64,000 bases of DNA, taken from the NCBI GenBank assembly GCA_964035545.1, contig OZ037765.1:13216698-13280697 (forward strand), read 5' to 3'. Shown here one piece after another: positions 1-12,800 of the stretch. The notes below the pieces were generated by a model. That model was not told where the DNA came from, did no database searches, and was given only the letters and a program-made list of their open reading frames with translations. A program made the position numbers and the translations under genes. The stretch is from Bugula neritina (taxonomy: Eukaryota > Animalia > Bryozoa). The stretch's first letter is position 1. Each line of letters opens with the position of its first letter.

Positions 1-1605
1 CAGATGAGTAATATATAACAGATGAGTAATATATAACAGATGAGTAACATGTAACAGATGAGTAATATATAACAGATGAGTAATATGTAACAGATGAGTA
101 ACATGTAACAGATGAGTAATATATAACAGATGAGTAATATGTAACAGATGAGTAACATGTAGCAGATGAGTAATATGTAACAGATGAGTAATATGTAACA
201 GATGAGTAATATGTAACAGATGAGTAATATATAGCAGATGAGTAATATGTAGCAGATGAGTAATATATAGCAGATGAGTAATATGTAACAGATGAGTAAT
301 ATGTAGCAGATGAGTAATATATAGCAGATGAGTAATATGTAGCAGATGAGTAACATGTAACAGATGAGTAATATGTAGCAGATGAGTAATATGTAGCAGA
401 TGAGTAATATATAGCAGATGAGTAATATATAACAGATGAGTAATATATAACAGATGAGTAACATGTAACAGATGAGTAATATATAACAGATGAGTAATAT
501 GTAACAGATGAGTAACATGTAACAGATGAGTAATATATAACAGATGAGTAATATGTAACAGATGAGTAATATGTAACAGATGAGTAATATGTAACAGATG
601 AGTAATATATAGCAGATGAGTAATATATAGCAGATGAGTAATATGTAACAGATGAGTAACATGTAGCAGATGAGTAATATGTAACAGATGAGTAACATGT
701 AACAGATGAGTAACATGTAACAGATGAGTAGTATGTAACAGATGAGTAATATATAACAGATGAGTAATATATAGCAGATGAGTAATATGTAGCAGATGAG
801 TAATATGTAGCAGATGAGTAACATGTAACAGATGAGTAGTATGTAACAGATGAGTAATATGTAACAGATGAGTAATATATAACAGATGAGTAATATATAA
901 CAGATGAGTAATATATAACAGATGAGTAACATGTAACAGATGAGTAATATATAGCAGATGAGTAATATATAACAGATGAGTAATATATAACAGATGAGTA
1001 ATATATAACAGATGAGTAATATATAACAGATGAGTAACATGTAACAGATGAGTAACATGTAACAGATGAGTAATATATAACAGATGAGTAGTATGTAACA
1101 GATGAGTAATATATAGCAGATGAGTAATATATAACAGATGAGTAATATATAGCAGATGAGTAATATATAGCAGATGAGTAATATGTAACAGATGAGTAAT
1201 ATATAGCAGATGAGTAATATATAGCAGATGAGTAACATGTAGCAGATGAGTAATATGTAACAGATGAGTAACATGTAACAGATGAGTAACATGTAACAGA
1301 TGAGTAGTATGTAACAGATGAGTAATATATAACAGATGAGTAATATAGAGCAGATGAGTAATATGTAGCAGATGAGTAATATGTAGCAGATGAGTAACAT
1401 GTAACAGATGAGTAGTATGTAACAGATGAGTAATATGTAACAGATGAGTAATATATAACAGATGAGTAATATATAACAGATGAGTAATATGTAACAGATG
1501 AGTAATATATAACAGATGAGTAATATGTAACAGATGAGTAACATGTAACAGATGAGTAATATATAGCAGATGAGTAATATGTAACAGATGAGTAATATAT
1601 AACAG
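1..1605. repeat. 18-bp minisatellite, about 89 copies (CAGATGAGTA + variable 8-mer), truncated by the window edge; lies in a SORL1 intron
   Basis: Direct reading: consensus CAGATGAGTAATATRTAR repeated without indels from 1 to 1602, plus a final CAG. Confidence 0.98.
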
Positions 1606-1846
1606 TGTAGTAGTTGCATTCAACTGATTCTATAGTAAGGTGTAGCCTTTCAAATACTTGTAAATACTGAGTGTTGGAAATAAAACATGTCAACTGAAAT
1701 ATCTAACTAAAATCTATTTCATTCAAAATAGTGAAAGAGAGAAACTAATAAAAGATGATTATTCCCAAGTGCACATCCAATGAATGCTAATTATTACCAA
1801 AATTACACGCATGCTGTCACCCTATATATTGAATAAAATGGCGCAC

Positions 1847-4800
1847 CTGATGTGTTGCAATGAACTTTAGTAAAGTCACTTGTACAAGAAGGTGTATCAC
1901 TGCTAAGGGAGGAGATTTCCCATCTCTCTACTTCAGCTGAGATATCATATACTCGACCAGCTCCAAGGTTTCTAACTATAAAGTAGTTCAGCAGAAAGTA
2001 ACACACAATCTTCATGTTCTCGCTTTAGGTAGGGAACTTCACCAAGACATACATTTTATTAAGTATGTAAACTCGAGTTATCTACATTACCAACATGTAC
2101 AGTGCCGTGAACCGTTCTTGTACTAGTAGCACTATCTGTTACTACTATAATCCTGAACAACTGATGTAGGTATCATAATAGGAGTTTATTGACGTTCAGC
2201 AAAAATCAACTTAACATACTTGTAACATCATAGACCTCCATCTTAGAATTGAGTGAAAGTGTTTGCGATCGAGGAATAAAATCAACGTCAATGTAAGTGA
2301 GGCGAACAGCGTATCTCCATTGAAACAAAAGTCTTGTATCCTGGTTGGCTTGCACCACGAGCGTGACGGAATCCGTGGTAGAGGCAGCACACTTGATAGT
2401 TGGAACATTCAGCTCTAAGCAGTGACTCATGTTAGATTTCTCTCCTTCCCCAGCACCGTTAACAGCCCATACCTATTAAAAATAGAATATTAAAAAATAA
2501 TTACTTGTTATAATAAAATACAATCACCGAATGTCTAATGTCCCATAGCATATATATACTGTAGGCAAAAATATATTGTTAAAATACTGTTACAGTGGCT
2601 TCCACAACGCAATTGTAATAAACTGTGGGTCATCATGAAAGGCTGCCACAATTAGCTGAAATAAGTATTGGCAACTCACAGTAATAGTCATCTTTGGGTT
2701 AACTTTAGTATCATATATAAATGGGATGCTTGTGTGTAGCACAGCCGGAGTAGTTCCCTGAGCATTCATCTCACCATTCTTCAGTGACTGGTGGTAAAAG
2801 AGTCAAATGAAATTCATTATGTATGTTTCGAAATTCATGTTGAGCCTTAGAGAAATAATCACACGGCTTGCTTTACATACTGGTATAACTTGAACTCATA
2901 TATATACATTATTATCACTGCTGAAATTATATTATTATAATATCAAAAGTGAAAATATTTTGCAAAAATGAAAAGAAACGTTTAAAGAGATCAAACTTAC
3001 TCTGCCATTAGCAGTTATATCATACTTGTACTTGAATATGCGGCCCCTTGGATGTAGTGGATAACGCCATGAAATAATCCAAACCCCTGGCTCTGGAGCA
3101 TGCTCATCAACTTTGGCAGTGATATGACTAACAGGACCCGATTCTAAACACATGAGCCAACAAACTAGCAGTCTTCAAGTGACATGAATGTATAGCTCAC
3201 CAGCACATGTCTTATAATCATACAGCATGAAAATTTGGACAAAAAACGAAATTGCATAAACATAGTAATATAGTACACATAAATTTTATTCAAGTCAAAT
3301 CAGAAAAAATTATGTATTTTATAATGACGTTATTTTTAAAACATACAAATTCTTTTGCCGAAGAAGAGAAAGAATGATAGTACACTGAAAGACAAGGCAC
3401 TGAAAAATGAATAAGTAAATGATGTACATGACTTACTGTCTTCAGGAGTGTACAGTTTGAGAATTTCAGAAGGCGGCCCCATTTTTTCACGATCACCAGT
3501 TGTTACAAGAGCTCGAACAATGAACATGTAATTAGTGTATGGCTCAAGGTTTGTGAGAAGCACACTAGTGTTGTCTGTAATGGTGGCGTTTATCCAGTTT
3601 ATGAATTTAGAATTATTATTTTGTTGAGCGTGTACGTCAGCTACATCTCTACAAAGAAAATTTCACAAACGTGGGTGTGTGTGTAGTGCGTGCATGCGCA
3701 TAGACAACACACGCACGCGAAAGCACAGTTATATAAAAATCCCTAACCAAGAGAATGAGACATCCACGGTAAAAATGTAGACTGTTTATGTAAACATCGA
3801 TGCACATCAACATATCACTAACTTGTATTGCACCAGATATCTAACACTCAGAACTGTTCCTGCAACTCTCTTGGTCCAGCTAAAAGCAGCAGATGTTGAA
3901 GAAATTGGTCTTCCATTCAGACCAGTGATGGAGACATCAAAGCTGCACCTATCATCTTCATCCGACCCATCAAAGCAGTCCCAGTTGTCATCACATACTT
4001 TTCTTAAATCTATGCAGGTCTTATCTCTGACACATTGGAACGCACCAGGACAACTAGCTGGAGCCACTAAATAAGCACAGAACAGACGGGGTAAGCTACA
4101 CTAGATGAAGCAGCTGCTTTAAGATAGTCAGCTTATTATATGCACCTGGTGAGAAAGAGTTCCTCATACCTGTACTAGCACCACACCCTTCCTCATCACT
4201 TGCACCAAAACAGTCAACTCTGCCATCACACAGCTGGGTAGAATTTATACACTGCCGCTTATTGAGAGCACAGCGCACCTGATCAGGTCTGCACTGACCA
4301 CCTGCAACAATGTGTCACTTACTTATAATTACATCTGATTATATCAAAGCATTATTATTAAGACATAGCAAATAAATAAAGGAAAAAACAACATACAGTT
4401 AGATTCATCTTCGTGGAAAGGGCTGCAATCTTCAGTTCCATCACAAACTTGAGATCTTAAAAGACAAGAGCCGTCGTAACAGCGAAACCCACCATTACAA
4501 GTTGGGGTAAACTGTGTAGTTGTAAAAGAGCCTAAAATACAAAACATATATAGCTACTCTAAACAGTGTAACTCCAAAACATATACTGTTACAATAGATG
4601 ACAACGGAAATAGGAAAGTAAAGGTTGAATGAATATCTTACAGGCATATTCATCCCGACCATCAGGGCAATCTCTCTCTCCGTCACATATAGCATTATAT
4701 GAAACACACCTTCCATTATTCATACACAAACAGTCTGTGGGCTGAGTTGTGGGCACTGGAAGAACAAAGAATACTTTAGTTCTCCTTCCTATAGACTAGA

Positions 4801-6775
4801 GAGCATTGGCTGCACTTCAATGAAACCATACATGAAAAAGCAAACTGGAACTGGAAAACCTAAAGTTCGGGACTAGTTTGATGACCAAGAAATCACACAC
4901 AGGTTATGAAGTACATTAACAGCTTTAGATGTGTTTAATGTGCACACTTTTGCTATTGATTAGAAACAAACTACATACAGAATTTTACTTATCAATAATT
5001 ATTAACAACTGTATCAGCTGCCAGCTAAATTGATTTTCATTAATTTTTATTTGCCTGGCAAGCTTAGACAACAGGCAGTTAACAAAGAATTAGTTTAACT
5101 AAGATTAAAAATCCATATAAAATCTCAAAATACAGATTATAGGCTAAGGCACTATGCATATACACATACAGGTTGTGGGTGGCAAGGTAGTCGTGCATTC
5201 TCTTTCATCACTATAGTCACCGCAGTCGTTATAATCATCACAAAGCCAGCTCTTGGATATGCAGTGGCTAGCATTGTTGGCACACCTGGTTGATAAATCA
5301 AAAATTAAACACCTAATAAGTATTTTATATCACATATTTAAGAATTATGGTTTATGATAAGATTAATGGAGTATATACTAACTGAAATTGATCGAGAGCA
5401 CTGCAAATAGCAGAGTTACAATCTTTTTCATCGGAGTTATCATCACAGTCAGTTTCAAGATCACATTTCCAGGAGGAGGGAATGCAATTCAGACCAGACT
5501 GAGAAGAAATACAGCTGAACTGGCCAGAAGTACAAGCAGTAACTGTTGTATTACCTACAGAGACAATTGTATCAAGTTTTATAATACTTTTTGGTATGTC
5601 CCTCCTCAACAGTGAATTCTTACCAACTGCCACCAAGAATATCACAGTTCAGTTTTATAGCATGTAACAACTGCCAACAGCTTTTCTTGAAAATAGTAAA
5701 TTATATTTTGCAGCATGTATGGCGGCTGTTTATAGCCGTAGAAAAAACCCTGATGGCAGGCTTTTACAGCCTCAAACCATGTTGAAAGCATAGCTCAGAA
5801 GCTTTTGGTGCAGTATAGTTAATTACATGGAAAGACAGCTTCTCTAAAATGTCAATAGAAGATCATGTAATCTAAAACAACTTATAAGTAAATGCTTACA
5901 GTTGCGCTCATCGCTGTTATCACCGAAACCACAATCATTTTCCCCGTCACATTGGTATGCTGCCCTTATGCACCTATTGTTATCACACTGAAAGTACCCT
6001 TCTTGGCAGCCAGCTTCTACAACATAAAGACCCATGTTAGAACAATATAGTTTATTTTAGACAATTCCAACCAACACAGCCCTTGCTTATATTCCGAAAT
6101 GAAACTAGTCCAACATATAAAGGGCTGAAAATGAACAGCTCAAAAATCTTTACATTTTCATAGAATAGTGATCACAACCAAATGTGATGGCTTCACTGCT
6201 AACAACTCCCCTAACATCACAGGTCTCTTTATTTACGCATTGAAACGCAACGTAATAAATAAAAGATAGCAGATGACTTACGACAGTTGGCTTCATCACT
6301 CCAGTCTCCACAATCATTGTCTCCGTCACACACCCAGTCATCGTTGATACATCTCTGGATCGACTTGCATAAGAACTTATCTGACTCACACAACTGGGAT
6401 GCTGTAATTAACATGTCACACTTAACAAGAAATGAGCAAACTAGAAGGTGCATTATCGGCAGCAACAATTAAAACCATTAGCAAAATAACAATGTATAAC
6501 TTATACAGATATAATGGAAACCTGTATAAATTATATCCGGTATGATGCAAGGAGTATATACCATCTTACAACACAAACAACATGCATTTCATAATATAAT
6601 AAACATCTAGAACTTACGGCAGTTGTACTCATCACTGCCATCAGTACAGTCTCTCTCTGAATCACATCTCCATGTAGACAGTATGCACCTATTGCCACTG
6701 CTACATGCAAACTCTTCGCTGTCACATGATTGGCCTGAGCCTATATATAACACAGTCACACATAGATATATATGA

Positions 6776-6811
<36 letters not shown>

Positions 6812-9800
6812 GCACACATAAATGAACCCAAATAAATATTTTCTTACATAGGCATGGCATAGATAAGACAAAAATATAGTAGAAACACTGGCACTAATTC
6901 GAATTTTGCAATAGAATTAAGTAAAAGCAATAGCAGATAATTTAGCCGACACTACAAACTTAAAAAAATATAAATCATATTTTTCAGCTTAAATATCACA
7001 TTTAAACCAGAACCTATTACGCTAATTTAGCAATTTTGCTGACCTATTTCACAGTTTCCTGAAGTCAAGTTGAACTTCTCTTCTCCTTTACACTGGCAGA
7101 CCTCGTTCGAATCAGTAATATAGTCGTGAGGCTTTGACTCATCAGAACAGAGGCAGAATCTGTGAGTGCTAACAGTCCTGTTGGGGTGAGCGCTTGGTAC
7201 GCAGATGTTAGAGCAGCCACCATTGGTAGTGTTGGACATACCACAGCCTGTATGCCCAGCCTGATACTGCTTGTCCCAATTCATGGCCTGCGAGTAGCAC
7301 AATGGGTACAGAATACAGCACATAGTGTGTGAAAAAGTGCTATGTATATGTGAGTGTAGATGATTTACAGTGATATGTATATGTGAGTGTAGATGATTTA
7401 CAGTGATATGTATATGTGAGTGTACATAATACATAGCGATACGTATATGTGAGTGTATATAACATATAGTGATATGTATATGAGATGTACATAATACATA
7501 GCGATACGTATATGTGAGTGTATATAACATATAGTGATATGTATATGACAGTGTATATAACATATAGTGATATGTACATAAAGGAGGATGTTTAAAACAT
7601 AGATTATAAATTGCTTGCAAGTGCCGACTCCCCCTTACTTTAACAGACATGATGCGTTGCTCACTAGAAGTTACAACATAGAAACCATCTGCCTGCTCCT
7701 TATCTCTATACACAGACTTTATTTGATTATCTGTCCAATCAGACCAGTACAATCTATCCTATAAGCCAATCAACAAACACAATAAATGTATTTATATCAA
7801 CTGTCACATTGTTCATGAAACAGTTTAGGTAACCTTTTTTCAAATATTGCACTATGATTTACTTTTACAATAGCAATTAAATGAGCAATGAAACATTATG
7901 TCACAGCATGGCTGACCGATTTCAATTATAACTTACTTTGCTCAAAATAAACAACAAAAACAATTCTATTGTTCTCGTCCCTATTTGTTTAAATAAGTTG
8001 AAATTAATTAAATTTGTTGAAGATAAACTCTCATCTGTTTATTCAGATAAGGCACCAAGAAATCTTTACTTTTAGATTAGGTTAAAAAAATTAGTTTAAT
8101 ACTAATTCAATAAATTATGCTATTTAAAAAAATGCAGCAGTCTATCATACTACATCTGCATGTACAGCACACTGGTTTAAAACAGCTTCTGGTAACACAA
8201 CCTTAAGCAGTGAAAGAGAAAACGGGTGGCGAATCATGGAGGAATCTGACAACATGGTTCTCAGGTTTGAGCCGTCTAGTCCGCAAACCAGCAGTTTATG
8301 AGTAAAACCATCAATAATATATATCAACTCAAGGTCAAAGTCTACTGCCAGCCCTGCAAAGAGAAAATAATCATATGCATCTGCGTAAACTTTCTCAACG
8401 TGATGTGAACACACTATAGTACTGTGAACATACTATAGTACTGTGAACATACTATAATACTGTGAACATACTATAGTACTGTGAACATACTATAGTACTG
8501 TGAACATACTATAGTACTGTGAACATACTATAGTACTGTGAACACACTATAGTACTGTGAACATACTACAGTACTGTGAACATACTATAGTACTGTGAAC
8601 ATACTATAGTACTGTGAACATACTATAATACTGTGAACATACTATAATACTGTGAACATACTATAGTACTGTGAACATACTAAAGTACTGTGAACATACT
8701 ATAGTACTGTGAACATACTAAAGTACTGTATACATTAAAGTCCTGTACTAGACAACAAATTGAGACCTGTGCTGGAAAAGCTGGCAGACACAGCTTTACC
8801 AACAAACTATGGATACTAATTCAACACAAGCTACAGTAACTGCATGACTTCAACAAAGTAGTTTTGTCATACCATTAGGCCAGAAGAGAAGGCCGTTCTC
8901 GTTACCGGTCACAATAGTTTTGGGGTCGAGTCCACTCATGCCAGCTCTCATAACCCTGGGGGATGTTTGGGACCAGTCGGTCCAAAACATTAACCTAAAA
9001 ATTCGTTAGAGTGAGACACATAGAGTACCTATGACATATCTGTTGACAATAGAGCTACCATAATAGACAAATATGATAGTGAAAAATTAACCTTCAGAGC
9101 TTAAAACATTGAGTATCCATGTAAAAGACTTATAGTTCAGCGCAAGTTCATTGGGTAAATTTAATTGATTGTAAATTAAATTCACAAAACAATGTAACGC
9201 AAACAGATTTTCATAGAGAAGTGTGATAAAAATTAAGGAAACTAGTTTGCATCTAGAAAATATCCCCATGTATTGAAAAACCTAGATATGCTAATACTGT
9301 GTATATATGTGTAGAGAAAGCATGAAGCTCATCAGCTTGATTTGATCAAGTACCAGTAAAAACAGCTGTAATAAAAAATAACTTGGAAATGGTCAGTATC
9401 GCACTTGAAACTGTTTTATAACTTAAAACACTATAAGAAATTATGTAGTGCTCGAAATAATAAGAGTTTTATACTTTAAAAGCAAACCCTTGATTTGAAT
9501 AACAAAGTTAGAGCCAACTCTAATTATAAATACCCATGCAGAGGGAAGACTTCAAGAGCTCGAGGTTTTTCAAGTAAGTCCGGGTAAGTTTCATTGTTCT
9601 TCACTATCGTTCTCCTCCAACGAGTGAATACAGTAAATATCTCAATCTTTGGCGTTCTTGAATCCAGCAAGTAAATGTTTTCACTTTCCCAATCTAAGCT
9701 CAAACTTTCAATTTTACCCAAGTTTCCAGAAACTAGAACTTGTGGAGTGGGGTACGGTGCAGTAACGTTGTAGTACTATAGAAAACAAAATAAGCCACTA

Positions 9801-12800
9801 CAGCAGTGGTTCTCAACCTGGGGGGAATTTGGAAATTTTAGGGGGGAATTTGAAATTTGAAAAATTCACAAATTTTGATGAAGGTTTTTTGAGCTCTTGC
9901 AAGTTACATGTATATGTATATATCTATAAACCTTCATTTTAGTTCATTTATTTAAACAAACTATATTCTGCAATCTCTGTCTACTTCAACATGAATGCAT
10001 TTATTAATTATTCTACCACAACTGCTTTCTGTGCTACTTCGAATGGAGGTAAAAAAATTTACAAAAACTAACAGGCCAACTTTTAGCAGCAATGCAAGTC
10101 AATCTCTATAAACTGTATACTACATACCTTGTAAATATATTTGCTACACTAAATAGTCTGAACCTAAAAATGCAGGAGTGTAATCATCATTTCATTGCTT
10201 TTCATAGCAGCATCAATGTTTTAAAAGTTACACTAAAGTGGTGGCGCCTCTTTCAAAAATATGGTGTCTTCCCCACACTCTATGAACTTTTATAGGAGAA
10301 GAACCTGTTCCGATTTTAGGTAAAAATGACACATGTAATTTTCCCAAAACTCAAACCTCCAAACTATGCAAATCTTCCATCCTAATATTGAAAATGTGCC
10401 ATTTTTACAGAATTTTTCATTTATGCCTTTATTACCTGTGCCATTTTTACTGGACACTGCCCACAATATGTCAATTGGAAAAGATTTCAAATCACTCTTC
10501 ATTGCTCAATTGTGAACCAACTCAATAAAATCATCATGTAATTCCTCTGAAATCTTTTCAACAAAGCGTTGCAATGGGTCACATGTCAAGTTAAGAATCT
10601 AGCTCTTTCTTTTTAAAGGGGTGACGTGTGAGGTACAATTCTCATCAATTCAAAGTGAAAAGAAACTGCCTCAACCTGCAGAATAACTTAAGATACGCCT
10701 GTTGTCAAAAACAGAGCCAGGCTTAAGCAAGCTGGCACAAAAGCATCAACTGCAGCCATAACATTAATAACTGAACTGCTCTGTGTTTTATAACATACTC
10801 GTAATAATAACGAAAATATAACTATATTATGATAATTATATTATTATATGCAAATAATATAATATAACGAAATACATTGCATTGTATCATATATCATCAT
10901 TATGTCAGTCATAAAATTTTTCGCATTTTGAAAGGGGGGAAATTAATAGTCTACATTTATGAAAGGGGGGAATAGTATGAAAAAGGTTGGGAACCACTGC
11001 ACTACAGTGAGGATTTCTCACATTGATAGCCCCAAAGCCTAACAATTCATATTTTTACCTACATACAAAAACATTCAGATTCAAATTGCGATTCATTTTT
11101 AGAAGACTAATACAATGTATATGTATTAGTCTTCTAAAAATGAATCGCAATTTGAATCTCCTTCAAAAAAGTGTATTGCTAAAAGCAAAGCTCTATACAT
11201 ATCTACTGATAAATAGCTGGGATAAATTAGATACAAATTCAAGATACATATTTGAACATATTATTTACTAATCACTGGAAACAACCTTCGACAAAAACCA
11301 GAACTTTTAGCATCACTCTGAAAATCCATCTGTAGCAACAGGTTTTGATATAGAATGACGATTATTTTTTTAGGATAAAGAAATAGCAACAGAATATTAC
11401 TTACTAAAACAACTCACTACTTTTAAACATAATATTTTAGGCGAAGGACATTGGAGGCAAAAGTGTAGCAAGCTGATTTGCTTCGAACACTTAAGAAATT
11501 ATGCAACAAAATTCTGTTAGTTTGAGGTCTGTAGTTTGTCAGCATGATTACTGCGTTTCAGATAAAAAAAATTTAAGGCACTTTGTGCAAGAAATTTCAA
11601 CTTTCCCATATCGTGCAGCAGTTTATGCTTAATATGCTTCGTCGTAGATCTTGATTTATCAACTATAACCAGTCTGGCTGCAAGGTTGACATATCTAATT
11701 TGTCTTTTCACACATCCAAGTCACTGCCAAGTCAATTACAGTGTCTTTCAATGATAAAAGCTAATCGCAATGTCTTGCTAGATTAGTAATCATTAGAATG
11801 GTAAAAAATTAGACTGTGGTTTTTTATTAGTTTATGTCATAGTTAGCTAATCAGTTATCAATGAATTACTCTGTCAGATGAAGTAACTAAGATTAACTTT
11901 TTTTCAATAAATTGCTTTTTTCCTTTTCAGTTACCGTAACATAATGCCCACTGCCTTTGAGTTCCAATTCTAATGCCTAACAATAATGCCTGTAGATAAA
12001 TAAGATTGGAAAATATGTAAAAGCAGCACGAATTCGCAATGTTTTGATGCATGGAAAGGCAGCAAATATGCATTCTACTGGATGTTTCTATTTAGAATTT
12101 ATTTCATTAATTTATTGCCCAAAAGCAGTTTTCTAATTATACACAAACCCTCCTCTCCCGTACTTCAACAAGCACCTACCATAACTGAATCTGTATCCTG
12201 ATCAGCCCAAAACAGTACATCCCTGTTGTAATCAAACTCCACTGAATAAATCTCATTGTGAGCACTTCCATTCACTAAAAACTCTTTTTTCCCAGACATC
12301 AGATCATACCTAATAGCAAGAGTAGATAAGCTAACAGAGTTATTTACCCTTAACAGTCATATTGGTATTGGAAACATAACGTAGAGGCGATAATTATCAG
12401 AGGTCGCTCCAAGCTACAATGAGGAGTTTCAATAACATGTTTATCATGAAAAGCAAATGCACGCAGCTTCACCTAAATGTTTTAAAAATGTTGTTAAAAA
12501 TTATCAGAAAGGCCATGATGAGTATATATTACAGAAGTAATGAAATAATAGCCTGCCAACTACATCATAGGATCGGGATTGACAATCTCATTTATTTCTT
12601 TTTTATATTTATAAACTGCGGGTGAAGTGCATTTATCACTACAACACGTTTATTATATAACTTACTTATATATCGAAGTGCCAACGCTGTAGATCAAAAA
12701 GTCTACTTTATCATTATTGGGACAATTTCTTTGTATCTTATCATACTTGTGATTATCTCCACCTTGACACACATCTCCTGGAATCTTCCGGTAACCTATT

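Noticed and set aside
1-1605. CRISPR-like regularity (constant 10-mer plus variable 8-mer)
   Set aside because: The variable parts are near-identical variants, not unique spacers; eukaryotic intron, no cas genes.
3823-6472. Plus-strand ORFs overlapping LDLa exons
   Set aside because: Antisense shadows of SORL1 coding exons.
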